Assembly: GCA_951406725.2 (NCBI GenBank)
Contig: OX597821.1
Coordinates: forward strand, 6,386,001 to 6,450,000
Source: Octopus vulgaris
Taxonomy: Eukaryota
DNA: 64,000 bases
Direction of reading: 5' to 3'
Below the pieces are notes generated by a model. The model saw only the letters and a list, made by a program, of their open reading frames with translations. It had not been told where the DNA came from and did not search any database. The position numbers were made by a program, and so were the translations under genes. Each line of letters starts with the position of its first letter. Positions within the stretch are counted from its first letter, which is position 1. This document shows, in pieces, positions 1 to 14,123 of the stretch.

Positions 1-1
1 C

Positions 2-43
<42 letters not shown>

Positions 44-62
44 TATTAATATTATTATTATT

Positions 63-697
63 CAGTAGTTTTATTTTTATTTTTATAGCGTGCTTTCACT
101 TCACTACTGAGCGCAGCTCTGAGTGCCTTGGGTATGTGCTGTGATTTGTTGTGATGCTCTGATGGTTATTGTATGGAAAGTGTTCTGCGTAGGATGTGTG
201 CAGTGCCTAGTAGTGCAATTTTCTGTATGTTATATGTGTTTGTAAGTCCTGGTGTTTTTGTTATGTATTTGTCTGAATATTTTTTTATCATGCCTAATGC
301 ACCTACTATGATAGGAATTGTTTCTGTTTTCAGATTCCACATTCTAGTTACCTCTATTTCCAGGTCTTTGTATTTTGAGAGTTTCTCCATTTCTTTTAGA
401 GACATGTTGTCATCTGCCGGTATTGATACATCAATTAGAAAGCATTTTTTTCCTTCATGATCTCTGACAACTATATCTGGCCTGTTGGCCTTAATTTCTC
501 TATGTGTGTATCGGCATATCCCAGAGAATGGTTGCTTTCTCGTTTTCTGTGACCTTTTCTGGTGTGTGCCTATACCATCTTTTTTCTGTTGTTATTCCAT
601 AATGTTGGCATAGCTTCCAATGTATGTAGGTTCCAACTCTCTCATGTCTGTGAATATATTCCTTCTTAGCCAGGACTGGGCAGCTAGAGATAATATG
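63..697 (-). mobile_element. 3' fragment of an R4/Dong-like non-LTR retrotransposon (end of zinc knuckle plus restriction-like endonuclease, frameshifted)
   Basis: Minus-strand translation gives HIISSCPVLAKKEYIHRHERVG...ILWDMPI...NRPDIVVRDHEGKKCFLIDVSIP...EKLSKYKDL...PIIVGALG...QKIALLGTAHILR (ORF 166..405). These are the RH, RPD and D..KY motifs of the RLE domain. Both ends abut (TAA)n tracts. Confidence 0.85.
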
Positions 698-718
698 ATA
701 ATATTATTATTATTATCA

Positions 719-788
<70 letters not shown>

Positions 789-864
789 ATATATGTGTAT
801 GTGGGTGCATTGGTGTATATGTATGTATGTTTGTATGTATGAATGTATATGTATATATATATAT

Positions 865-947
865 ATAATATTAGGGAGTATAACTCCAGTAGTCTATCAC
901 TGTTTGAGTTGCATAATAATGGTTTTATCTCTAATTTATATTTATAT

Positions 948-955
<8 letters not shown>
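865..955. mobile_element. Short deleted derivative of the hairpin element family at 24514-24990
   Basis: taatattaggga matches the reverse complement of that element's tail, and ttgcataataatggttttatctctaatt matches its arm at 24866-24893. Flanked by (TA)n. Confidence 0.55.
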
Positions 956-988
<33 letters not shown>

Positions 989-1034
989 CGTGTGTGTGTG
1001 CATGTGTGTGTGTGTGAGTGTGTGTATGTGTGTG

Positions 1035-1078
<44 letters not shown>

Positions 1079-1584
1079 CATAAATTTTTTAGGCTTGCAT
1101 CTTGGAGGAACTTCATAGGTGTAGAACTGGTTGTTGTCTCAAGAGACATACTTAAATCTTTATATAAATAAATAAATAAATTTAAACATTTCCCCTTTCT
1201 ATTTCATCAAGTTCTGCTCTACTATTTTATTGGTTTTTTATTTAAAAAAACACACTTTTTGTCATTATCTAAAAGCAATCATTGAAATATTTTCTCCCTT
1301 CTTATGCTTGTTCTAAGCCAAGCTACTTACCCACATCAGGTAAAAGTGGAAAAAGAAAATTAAAAAATATAAAAGAAAGACAAAAATGGAATTAGCAGGA
1401 AAAAACGTTAAGATGTAATTCCATCAGGCAAGATTTTAATTTGAAGGGATTGTTTTAGTTTTTGCTTTTAGTTGGTCCTTCTTTTTTTTTTTTTGGCCTG
1501 CTTCCTCAACTCCATAAATTATGGTATGGAACCATGGAACTAACAAAACAAATTAGCAATTCAACATACACGCGCACACGCATG

Positions 1585-1615
<31 letters not shown>

Positions 1616-3054
1616 ACACATACACACACACACACGCACACAGAAATCCGAATACTAACCCCCAATAAATATCATTCAACTCAATACCCCCAAGGGGAAG
1701 TTAATCTAAAAGAAGAACGGGCTAACACTTGCTTCCTTTAACAAAGGTGACTGTTTATGTGGGATTAAACAGCCGTAAATCTATCTAGCATTTTATGTTT
1801 AACATATCTTTACAAATAAGGCTTCAGTATTCCTCTAACGAATGCCAGCCACCACTGAAGCTCAACTAATGGCAGAATGGCAGCTAATTACAGACTCCCA
1901 ACAATTGGGGTGATTCTGTTGTGGTGCATTGTTCTTGTCATCAACATGGTCCTCCTCCGATTCACTTCTCACCCTCTCCTCCCTTCCCCTTCTCTGCCTT
2001 CTCTTTCCCCTCTCCTCTTCTTCCTCCTCTTCCTCTGCCTCATTTCCCCCTCTCCTCTTCCTCTTCAACTCCCCTGTCTCAATTCCCATTCTCCTCTTCT
2101 TCCTCTTCCTCTTCCTCTGCCACATTTCTCCCTCTCCTTTCTGCTCTTCCTCCTCTTCCTCTCCTTTCTGCTCTTCCTCCTTTTTCTCTCCCTCCTCTTC
2201 CTTTTTTACCTCACTTCTCCCCCTCTCCCCTTCTCTGTTTCACTCCCTCTCCTCTGCCTTACTTCTTCCCTCCCCCCTCCTACCACTGTTACTACTGCCA
2301 GCATCACTACTAGGATTTGACTTGAAACTCAAAGACTGCAAACACTGGTCCAACATCCTTATAGCACCAATCCATTATTCTGAATTCTTTCTTTTTATTG
2401 ATCCCCAAAAGAACGACATGCAAAGTTGACCTGTGTGGAATTTGAACTGAGGGAACAGAGAATCACAACAAATATCTTAAAGTTTTCTTTCTGACATAAG
2501 CAATTCTGTCAATTTACCATTTATAATCCATTGTTCACTTTCTCACCTGATTTTTTTTTTTTCTTTTGTGGGTTGGGGTATAAGCAGAATCCATTTTCTT
2601 GCAAAACAATCAGGGTTAGGTCTCCAGGCAGAGAATGACTGAATACCTGATCCTGAAAGCAGCTTCCTCCCTTCATCTCAACAATCTAGGAGCCTCCCCG
2701 CAAATACCCTAAAAAGAGTTATGGGTGCTGTTCTGTCTCCCCTGACTAAACCATTAAAAATATAAATAAATTTTCACAGCAAACAGTATGAAATCCAATA
2801 TAGATTTATCTTCTATAAGTTAGCCATAGCTGCTGACTTGGGTTTGTTCTGTCTGGAAATGTAATTATAACCATGGAACCATTCTATACAATAATCACTG
2901 CTCAGAGTCATCGCACAACCACATCTACTTTTTCTATTACACCTCACTTTTCAACACATTTCTTACACTCCTCTTAACTCGTACTTTCAATTTTTGTTAA
3001 ACCAGTGTCTTTCTTTCTCTTTTGGCTTTCTCTCTATCTCTCTCTCTTGATTTA

Positions 3055-3150
<96 letters not shown>

Positions 3151-3297
3151 CATCCCTCCCTTCCGTCCTCCTGCCCTCCCGTCCTCGCTCTCTCCTGTCC
3201 TCCCGTCCTCCTGTCAAGCAAATTGGCACCAGTACTTCTTTTTTTTAAAGCCTAGTACTTATTCTATTGGTCACTGTTTGCTAAACTATTAGGTTAC

Positions 3298-3993
3298 ATC
3301 ATCATCATCATCATCATCGTTTAATGTCTGCTTTCCATGCTTAGCATCGGACGGACGATTTGACAGAGGTCTGGTGAACCAGATGGCTGCACCAGACACC
3401 ACTCTGATCTGGCAGAGTTTCTACAGCTGGATGCCCTTCCTAATGCCAACCACTCCGAGAGTGTAGAGGGTGCTTTTACGTGCCACCGGCACGAGGGCCA
3501 GTCAGGCGGTACTGGCAATGGCCATGCTCAAATGGTGCTTTTTATGTGTCACCTGCACAGGAGCCAGTCCAGCAGCACTGGCAACAACCTTGCTTGAATG
3601 TTTTTTCACGTGCCACCAGCAAAAGTGCCAGTAAGGTGTCGCAGGTAACGATCACGCTCGAATGGTGCTTTTTATGTGCCACCGGCATGGAGGCCAGCTT
3701 GTAGCACTCCACTAGCACAGATGCCAGTCATCGAATTTGATTTCGATTTCGATTTCACTTGCCTCAACAGCTCTTTGCAAGCAATGAAGGAAAGGTATGC
3801 CTAAGTGGGCTGGTTACACACCTGGCATAGGCCATGAGGTCAGGGTCTCACTTGGGCTTGCCCAGTCTTCTCAAACATAGCATATTTCCAAAGGTCCCAG
3901 TTACTAGTCATTGCATCAGTGAGGCCTAATGTTCAAAAGTCATGCTTCACCACCTCATCCCAGGTCTTCCTGGGTCTACCTCTTCCACAAGTT
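3298..3993 (-). mobile_element. RTE LINE 3' fragment (ORF end plus 3' UTR, (GAT)n tail)
   Basis: Collinear with 61420-62050, including tgcttcaccacctc..cccagg..ttcctgggtct..ctcttccaca and the 3' UTR subrepeats. Confidence 0.85.
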
Positions 3994-4257
3994 CGAACTC
4001 ACCAACGCTGGTTGTCAAACAGTGTGTTGGTGTTGGGCAAACACAAACACAAAGACACACACACACACAGACACAGACACACACACACAGACACAGACAC
4101 AGACACACACACACACATACACACACTCACACATACATGTATATACATACGCATATAATATACGATGTAAGTAAGCAAAGTAGAATTTTCCTTCTTGAGT
4201 CATATTGTCTAATAGGGGCCGGTTTTCCAGTTTCCTGATTTCCTGGTTTCCATGGCA

Positions 4258-4635
4258 TTCTTTTATTCTTTTACCTGTTTCAGTCATTTGACTGTGGCCT
4301 TGCTGGAGCAGCACCCTTAATTGAACAAATCGACCCCAAGACTTATTCTTTGTAAGCCCAGTACTTATTCTATCGGTCTCTTTTGCTGAACCGCTACGTG
4401 ACGTGGACATAAGCACACCAACACCAAGCAATGGTGGGGGGGACAAACACAGGCACAAATAACAAATGCGCACACACACACACACACATAATATATATAT
4501 ATATATATATATGACAGGCTTCTTTCAGTTTCCATCTACCAAATCCACTCACAAGACTTTGTTCAGCCCAAGGCTATAGTAGAAGACACTTGTCCAAGGT
4601 ATCGCACAGTGGGACTGAACCTGGATCCATGTGGT
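4258..4635 (-). mobile_element. SINE family A copy
   Basis: Reverse complement of the 49647-50060 copy, including its internal CA/TA microsatellite. Confidence 0.8.
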
Positions 4636-5492
4636 TGGGAAGCAAGTTTCTTACTATGTCTGCACATTGATGGCATGCTAGTCCATCACAAGATTACTCA
4701 GCTGAGTGGATTGGAGCCACATGAAATAAAGTGTTTTGCTCAAGAACACAATGTATTGCCCAGTCCAAGTATCGAAACCACAATCTTATGATCATGAGTG
4801 CAACACCCTAACCACTAAGCCACATACCTCCACTACATATATGATGGGTTTCTTTCACTTTTACTCTACCAAATTCATTCACAAAGCATTGATTGGTTGG
4901 TTGGAGCTATAGTAGAAGACACTTGCCAAAGGTGCCATGCAGTGGGACTGAACTTGAAACCCCATGATTACAAAAAAGCTTCTTATCTATGTTTCTTAGG
5001 GTAGCTTCTCATTAATTTTTGCTTTTCTTTTCTTTTGTAATTTCCAGTGGTTCTGTGGTAAGAAGTTTGCTTCTCAAACATGGTCTCAGGTTGAGTCCCA
5101 CTGCATGGCACCTTGGGCAAGTGTCTTCTATTATGGCTTTGTAGCTGACCAAAGCTTTCTGAGCGGATTTAGTGAATAGAAACTGAAAGAATATTGTTGG
5201 TGAGCATCAAGGTCATAATCATGAGGTAGTGAGTTCAATTCTTGGAGCAGGTTGTGTGTTGTGTTCTTGAGCAAGACATTTTATTTCATGTCGTTCCAGT
5301 TCACTCAGCTGTGAAAATGAGTTGTGACATCACTGGTGCCAAGCTGTATCAGCCTTTGTCCTTCCTTTGGATAGCATTGGTAGCATGCATGGGTGAGTGC
5401 TGGTCTTTCATAAGTGACCTTGCCCAGACTTGTGCCACAGAGGGGAACTTTCTAGGTGTAATTCCAAGGTAATTCATGACCAAAAGCATCTT

Positions 5493-5528
<36 letters not shown>

Positions 5529-5534
5529 TGTGTC

Positions 5535-5566
<32 letters not shown>

Positions 5567-6075
5567 TGTGTGTGTGTCTGCTTGTGTGTGAGTGCTTACA
5601 TGTGTGTGAATTGATGTGTCTTGTCTTGATTTTGCATGACTGTTTTAAATGAGTGTCCCCTTCATACAAGCAATGTCCTTCATTTCCAAACTTCTGTAGA
5701 AACATGTCCAGCCATGGGGGAAATACTACCATACTAGGAAACAGGGTTAGTGACTGGAAGGGCATCCAGCTTTAGAAAATCTGCTTCAACAAAGTCCATA
5801 TCTGACCTATGAAAGCATGGAAAAGTAGACATTAAAGAGATGATGATGATGATGATGCATCATTATTCAATGATATGTTTATACTTTATTTTATGATCAT
5901 GGGTGTATAATTGATTCAATGATAGTGGGTGTACAGTTTATTCATTGGTTACGAGTGTATAATTTATTCAGTTATCATGAACAACTTTGTACCTTGTAGT
6001 AAAGTGTTTTAGGTTTCATTCGAATTTTGCTACAATTTCATCACTATGTATTCATAAAACTGGCCTTATGTTTAA

Positions 6076-6124
<49 letters not shown>

Positions 6125-6524
6125 ACACACACACACACACACACTCATACACTCACATATGCAATATGTTTATCCCACATCATAAGTCAACAAAGTAAGC
6201 TACATCTTTCACCTAAACACAGAAACATAACCAACTAAAGAATACATTCAAAGAAACCAGAAATTCCCTCCTCAGATGCCCAACAGACACCAGCGCAATT
6301 TCAACACGTCAGCATCTATGTATGTGTGTGTTTGCTTGTGTGTATATGTGTGTGAGTGAATGCGTGTTGTGTATGTGTGCCAGTGTGTGTGTGTGTGAGA
6401 GAGAGAGACTGATTGCAGATTAGTCCCACATAAAATGGCCCCTTGGACAAATGTCTCCTATTTTAGCCCCAGGATGACTAAAGTCTTGCGAGTGATCTGA
6501 TAGTAGAAACTGCTTATATATATA

Positions 6525-6725
6525 TATGGATTCACCATGTTTGGACACTGAAATCTACAAGTTTTTTTCATTCTCTCTCTGTTTATATTCTCATTCCTTT
6601 CTGTTGAAGAGCATTGGCTTGAAACATAAAACACTTTTACATTTTTCCTGAGCATCAAGCTAGTACACTTGCTTGTTGTTCATACACTTGTCTTCGTCTT
6701 TTGCTTTCCTATAAGTTTCAACTAT
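6525..6725 (+). mobile_element. Putative Penelope-like terminal fragment with a degenerate hammerhead-like motif near 6600-6635
   Basis: Reads ctgttgaagagcattggcttgaaacat and is flanked by (TA)n. Its 3' part resembles the reverse complement of 29995-30100. Confidence 0.4.
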
Positions 6726-7321
6726 ATATATGTTCTCATTTCCGCTGTCAACAAATCGTCCTTCGATGACATAAGGCATAAGAGATCAGTTAGTCTTAGT
6801 GACAGGAAGAGCATCCAACTATGGCACAATATCTCCATGATATATTCATAAAAAATCATGCTAGATTGTTTACGGACATAAAAAGTATATTTAAAATAAC
6901 GATGTATCTGTGTCTGTATAATTATTTTTTACTCAAGTGGTGAAGTATCATAAACAGAAATTGATGAACTAAATACTGAAGATAAATATAATTGCCAAAA
7001 ATCCCCTTGGATATGGTGCTCCAGTATGACCAGAGTCTAGTGACTGAAGCCTGTAAAAGAGTAAAGGAATTCATTGAATAAAAAAAATGGAGAAAAAATA
7101 AAAATAAAACTAGAGACATGTCTATATAGAATTACCTGGTTGGTTCATTCTCAGGTTAAAGAAGCTGACGAGTAGGCAGATGATGATGGTGGTAGTGGTG
7201 GTGGTGGTGGTGATGATGATGACACCAATGATGATGATAATGATGATGATGATGCTGATGATGAGATAATGATGATGTATAGGTCAATATATGTTATTTT
7301 GATGTATTCTCTCTCATTCAT

Positions 7322-7354
<33 letters not shown>

Positions 7355-7737
7355 TCTATATAACATGTGTATATGCATGTTGTAAGTGTAGTGTGTATAT
7401 GTGTGTGTGTGTGTGTGTGGTTAACAATCATGCAACTGGAAAATGAAGCATCTTAAATTTCTTCTATTTTCATGCACCCTTCCTCTCTTGCCCTCCTTTT
7501 CTTTCTAGCTCTTTCTGACTCCCATTCTGACTCTCTCTTCCCTCTCTCTCCTTCTCTCTCCTCCTCCCTCTGACTCATTCTCTGACTCTCTCCCTCTCTC
7601 TCTTTCTCTTTATCCACTTTTGACTCACTCTTTCCACTCCTCTCTAACTCTCCTTGTCTCACTTTCTTTTTCTTCTCTCTGTTTTTTTTACCTTCCCTTT
7701 CTCTTCCTCCTACCATTCTGTCTCCCTCCTACCACAG

Positions 7738-7875
7738 CTAATCCTTAGGGTATCATGTTTAGTTCCCTTCAGAGAAATGGAATATTCTGGGATAGTATAT
7801 GGGATTGGGAACAGCTTGGTGGTGGGGCAAGAAAGACTTGTAACACACCATGGGGTGGAAGTGACACTGGGAGAG
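7738..7875 (+). CDS. Candidate host exon, 138 nt, phase 0/0 (LILRVSCLVPFREMEYSGIVYGIGNSLVVGQERLVTHHGVEVTLGE); product unknown
   Basis: Long polypyrimidine tract ending in CAG at 7735-7737, an open frame in unique sequence, and a possible donor GAG|GTTAGA. Alternatively it reads through to the stop at 7962. No homology recognised. Confidence 0.3.
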
Positions 7876-8071
7876 GTTAGAGAAAACAGCAACAGCAGAA
7901 ATGCTAACAACAACTACAACAACTCTAACAACGGCAGCAAGAGCATTAACAAAAACACCTAACAACAACTGCAACAACAACTATAACACAAATTAACAAC
8001 ACCGACAACTATAATACTGTCAACAATAATTCAAATAGCAGCATGGTTAACAACAACAACACTGGCAATGT

Positions 8072-8072
<1 letters not shown>

Positions 8073-8102
<30 letters not shown>

Positions 8103-8277
8103 AAGAAGAAGAAGAAGAAGAAGAAGAAGAAGAAGAAGGTGAACGCGGAGGAGGAAGTGGAGGAGGAGAAGAAGAAGAAGAAGAAGAAGAAGGAGGAGGA
8201 GAATAAGAAGGATGAGGAGGAGAAGAAGGAGAAGAAGGAGAAGAAGAAGAAGAAGAAGAAGAAGAAGAAGAAGAAGA
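8073..8277. repeat. (AAG)n/(GAG)n microsatellite
   Basis: Seen directly in the sequence. Confidence 0.95.
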
Positions 8278-9657
8278 ACAACAACAACAACAGCAACAAC
8301 AACAGCAATAATGACAGTGACAACAATATTAACAACAATGCTAATGACACTACCAACATGATTAGCAACAACAACAACAACAACTATACTAACAACAATA
8401 ATTCTACCAACATGATTAGCAACAACAACAACAACAACTATACTAACAACAATAATTCTACCACCATGATTAGCAACAACAACAACAACAACAATAACAA
8501 CAATAACACAAACAAGAAGTCTAACAACAACAACACCAATAGTGACAACAATATTAACAACAATGCTAATGACACTACCAACATGATTAACAACAACAAC
8601 AACTATACTAACAACAATAATTCTACCAACATGATTAGCAACAACAACAACAACTATACTAACAACAATAATTCTACCACCATGATTAGCAACAACAACA
8701 ACAACAACAACTATACTAACAACAATAATTCTACCACCATGATTAGCAACAACAACAACAAATATACTAACAACAATAATTCTACCACCATGATTAGCAA
8801 CAACAACAACAACTATACTAACAACAATAATTCTACGACCATGATTAGCAACAACAACAACAACAACAACTATACTAACAACAATAATTCTACCACCATG
8901 ATTAGCAACAACAACAACAACAACAACAACTATACTAACAACAATAATTCTACCACCATGATTAGCAACAACAACAACAACAACAACTATACTAACAACA
9001 ATAATTCTACCACCATGATTAGCAACAACAACAACAACAACAACTATACTAACAACAATAATTCTACCACCATGATTAGCAACAACAACAATAACAACAA
9101 CTATACTAACAACAATAATTCTACCAACATGATTAGCAACAACAACAACAACAACTATACTAACAACAATAATTCTACCAACATGATTAGTAACAACAAC
9201 AACAACTATACTAACAACAATAATTCTACCAACATGATTAGTAACAACAACAACAACAACTACTAACAACAATAATTCTACCAACATGATTAGCAACAAC
9301 AACAACAACTATACTAACAACAATAATTCTACCACCATGATTAGCAACAACAACAACAACTATACTAACAACAATAATTCTACCAACATGATTAGTAACA
9401 ACAACAATAACTATACTAACAACAATAATTCTACCAACATGATTAACAACAACAATAACAACAACTATACTAACAACAATAATTCTACCAACATGATTAG
9501 TAACAACAACAATAACTATACTAACAACAATAATTCTACCAACATGATTAACAACAACAATAACAACAACTATACTAACAACAATAAATCTACCAACATG
9601 ATTAACAACAACAATAACAACAACTATACTAACAACAATAAATCTACCAACAACAAC
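8278..9657. repeat. Compound minisatellite, unit TATACTAACAACAATAATTCTACCA(C/A)CATGATTAGC(AAC)n, about 50-63 bp, more than 20 copies
   Basis: Constant core with a variable AAC run. It produces the Asn-rich ORFs 8043..9266 and 9286..9726. Confidence 0.95.
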
Positions 9658-11065
9658 AGGAGCAGCAGTAGCAGCAGCAGCAGCAACCGAAATCCAGGTC
9701 TAACTCCACTGGTTTCAAATGGCTGAGAAGTATCAAGTGTAACAGACTTTTGGTATTGACTCATAGTGATTGTGGATAAATCAGAAATTGGGAGGTGGTG
9801 GTGGGCATGGTAGGGTGCAGAAGGGACCGGGGAATGAGACTGTTGAAGTGGGTGGTGGTGGTGGTGGTGGTGGTAGTGTTGCTGTCTGTTGTTAGTGTTG
9901 GTCTTGGTAGCAGTACTGTTGTTGTTGTTGTTGGTGGTGGTGGTAGTGTTGGCAGTGTTGTTTATAGTGTTGGAGGTAGTAATAATAGTGTTGTTGTTGT
10001 TGGCAGTGTTGTTTAAGGTGTTGGAGGTAGTGGTGGTACTGTTGCTGTTGGTGGCGGTGATAGTGTTGGTAGTAGTACTGTTGTTGTTGTTGGTGGTAGT
10101 GTTGAAAGTTTTGGAGGTAGTAGTGGTAGTGTTGATGTTGTTCTTGGTGATGGTACTTGTATTGATTGTGGTTGTGGTGGTGGTAGTAGTTTTGTTTCTG
10201 GTGAACAGTAGTGGTAGTGTTAGTGCTGTTGTTGTTTGTTTAGTATTGTTGGTAGGTGTAGTAGTGCTGGTGGTAGTGGTCGTGTTGGTGGTAGCGGTCG
10301 TGGTGGTGGTAACGGTCTTGTTTGTGGTAGTAGTACCTTATTTTCTTTTCATTTCACTTTATTTCTTTTTTATATATTAAAAATATTTTTCATTTAATTT
10401 TGTTAATTATTTTCCTTAATTTTAACTGAAACAATACTTAATAATCTTTCCGTTATGATTTTTAAAAAATGTTTCACTTTTTATTGGGGGGGGAAAAACC
10501 AACTATTTGGGGAAAATCCACCTTTCTGTTCCTACATACACAAAAACAAAAATCAACAAAACAGAAAATATCAAACCAAAAATAAAAATAAAAAAACATT
10601 AAAAAAAACAGAACACCAAACAGAAACAATCTCAACTTTCTTACCCCCACGCCACCAACTTTCCCTTCATCTCTTCCTCCCACATCAAATTCTTTATTTG
10701 ATTTTTATATTTTTTTCTTTGTTACAATGGGTTGGAATGGGATGGGGTAGATGCAACTGTAACTTACCCTTTTTAGGGCTTACTTCCTCCTCCTCCTTCC
10801 ATGCTGCCTGACCAATCCACTGTGAAGATTTATGGTTGGCTGGCTTCCCTTGCTTGGTTGATTGTCTGGTCTTGCTGTTGTCTGAACAGGCTTGGGTTGG
10901 GCTTGGGTTGGGCTTGGGGTTCGTTAGCTAAGAGTAAAGCTAAATTAATTACCAAAGTATTGACAGCTAACCTCATGTAATGAGGGAGCCTGTTCATGGT
11001 TGCCTGACATGCTAAAAGTAACTACCTGATCTCCCTCACATCACACCATACTTTCATGAATAATA

Positions 11066-11780
11066 ACCCTTTCTACTATAGGCACAAGGCCTGAAATTTG
11101 GGGAAGCGGGATAGTCGATTTCATTGATCCCAGTGTTGCATTTGTACTTAATTTATTGACCATGAAAGGATGAAGGGCAAAGTTGATCTCGGCAGAATTT
11201 GAACCCAGAACATTGCAGCAGATGAAATACCACTAAGCATTTTACCTGGCGTGCTAATGATTCTGTCAGTTCACTGCCTTACTTTCATGAACAATAATAA
11301 TAATGATTTCATTTATTTGCCACCAGGGCGATAATAATAGGGCTTGAAATTCTGGGGGATGGGGGTAGTTGATTACATTGACTCCAGTAAAAAAACTGGT
11401 ACTTATTTTATTGACCCTAAAAGGATGAAAGGAAAAGTCAACTTTGGTGGAATTAGAACTTGGAACATAAATGCAGACAAAATGCCACTAAGAATTTTGT
11501 CCTGCACGTAAATGATTTTGACAATGATGATGATGATGACGACGACGACGATGACGATGATGACGACAATAATGATGGTTTCAAATTTTGCCTCAAGGGC
11601 AGCCATTTTGGGGGAAGGGATGAGTCGATTGCATTGGCCTCTATGTTTCACTGGTACTTAATTTATCACTCCTGAAAGGATGAAAGGCAAAGTCAACCTC
11701 GGCAGAATTTGAAGTCAGAATGGAGTGACGGAAAAATACTACTAAGCATTTTCGCTTGGCATGCTAACAATTCTGCCAGC
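11066..11780 (-). mobile_element. Cluster of three tandem SINE family B copies
   Basis: Three repeats of tacttaatttattgacc..gaaaggatgaaaggcaaagt..cggcagaatttgaac..gaaatac..taagcatttt, the reverse complement of the 19026 copy, separated by (AAT)/(GAT) runs. Confidence 0.85.
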
Positions 11781-11789
11781 ACACCAACG

Positions 11790-12091
11790 ATTAGCCAGAG
11801 ATGATTTTTAAACTGAGTATATCTGAAATAAACTCAACAGCTCTCACAAACGAGAATACTAAAATTGAACCTGACCACTCTCAAAAATAAAGTAAAAAAC
11901 CAGGAAAAATAATTCAGAATCCTTGTCCAGCATTGGATCAGTCCCAAAATATAATTAGTTTGTGCAAGTGATGAGGCCAAACATCCCTGGAAGTTTCATT
12001 CAAATCCATCCAGTGGTTCTTGAGATATCTTGTCCATGGACAAACAAACAAATACAACTGAAAACAATACCTCCACCTTTGCTAAGGCAGA

Positions 12092-12096
<5 letters not shown>
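11790..12096 (-). mobile_element. Non-autonomous Helentron/DINE-1-like element, copy 1
   Basis: Ends in an acctccacctt..aaggcagaggtaa sub-terminal inverted repeat after a (CAAA)n run. The body is shared with 12158-12385. Confidence 0.55.
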
Positions 12097-12156
<60 letters not shown>

Positions 12157-12157
12157 T

Positions 12158-12385
12158 AATAAGAGCGCTCAGAGAGCACCAACCTCTGCCAATGTCCTCT
12201 CATCAAGAGATAATTTTTAATATGAGAATATCTGAAATAAACTTGACTGCTCTCACAAACGAGAAACCCAACTGCTCACAAAAATTAAGTAAAAAAAAGA
12301 AGAAAAAATAGTTCAGAATCCTTGCCTAGTACTGGATCGATCCTAAAATCTAATCAGTTCGTGCCAATCACAATGCCAAGCATTT
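12158..12385 (-). mobile_element. Non-autonomous Helentron/DINE-1-like element, copy 2 (truncated next to the maT relic)
   Basis: Terminal hairpin gcgctc-aga-gagcac followed by the acctctgcc sub-terminal repeat. Duplicates 11800-11970. Confidence 0.55.
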
Positions 12386-12399
12386 TGATTTTGTTGACT

Positions 12400-13320
<921 letters not shown>

Positions 13321-13331
13321 ATATATATACT

Positions 13332-13792
13332 TAGGCAAGGAAAAATTATAAAAAGGCAGAATGCTAAATTTAAGGAAAATTTTAATGAAAATGGGTGTAT
13401 GGAAAATTTTGAAAAGTTAATAAAATATATATATATATTAATTCAAACCGGTTTTTGAAACACTGTGACTTTTCAAGAATTGTAAGGTGAAAAGAAAAAA
13501 ATTTTGTATTTGTTTATTATTATTTTTTTGCAAAAAACAATGTAATTTTCTTTTTTCCCCCTCCTCAAACACAAAAAATTTTTTCTTTTCACCTTACAAT
13601 TCTTGAAAAGTCACATTGTGTCGAAAACCGGTTTGAATTAATATATATATATCTTATTAATTTTTCAAAATTTTCCATACACCCATTTTCATTAAAATTT
13701 TCCTTAAATTTAGCATTCTGCCTTTTTATAATTTTTCCTTGCCTATCATTTCTCCACGTGCGGTCAACACAACCCCACCATTTATTGATTTA
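13332..13792. mobile_element. Long inverted repeat with tail (Penelope-like inverted terminal repeat)
   Basis: Arms of about 180 bp (13332-13511 and 13566-13745) are near-identical reverse complements, followed by an unpaired 47-bp tail. Flanked by (TA)n. Confidence 0.75.
13598..13639 (+). ncRNA. Minimal type I hammerhead ribozyme motif, U3:A8 core variant
   Basis: AATTC-TTGAAAA-GTCAC(ATT)GTGTC-GAAA-ACCGGT-TT-GAATT: 5-bp stem I, stem II with one mismatch, palindromic stem III. Confidence 0.55.
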
Positions 13793-13799
13793 TACATAC

Positions 13800-13840
<41 letters not shown>

Positions 13841-14123
13841 TAGATAGATATATATAGATATATATGTGTGTGTGTGTGCGTGTGTGTAGAAATCACACTA
13901 TATTTAGATATAGCTATATTTAGATTTGCTGTGAAAATCAGGCCCTAAGAGGTAATCTAGAATGATAACCTGGAATGAGGACTGAACTGACCAGCTTTAT
14001 TGTTATTTAATACCTCAATAAAAGTTTCTCATTGCTCCTTTCCAAACTTCTTCTGCAGGAAGTGTGGGAAGGTTCAGTTATAAAAAGTAAACTAAGTCAA
14101 GAAAAAAAAAGGGTAATAAATAG

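Noticed and set aside
1093-1171. Short unique segment after tttttag, a possible terminal exon
   Set aside because: Frame and strand are ambiguous, there is no recognisable homology, and it is too short to support.
1877-2429. Overlapping Leu/Ser/Pro-rich ORFs resembling membrane proteins
   Set aside because: A polypyrimidine low-complexity tract that is open in all frames.
2645-2715. Minus-strand AG...GT bounded segment resembling an exon
   Set aside because: Stop codons in all three frames.
8031-9308. 425-aa minus-strand ORF and the possibility that the array is CRISPR-like
   Set aside because: It is the antisense reading of the AAC minisatellite. The 'spacers' are only variable AAC runs, there are no cas genes and the context is eukaryotic.
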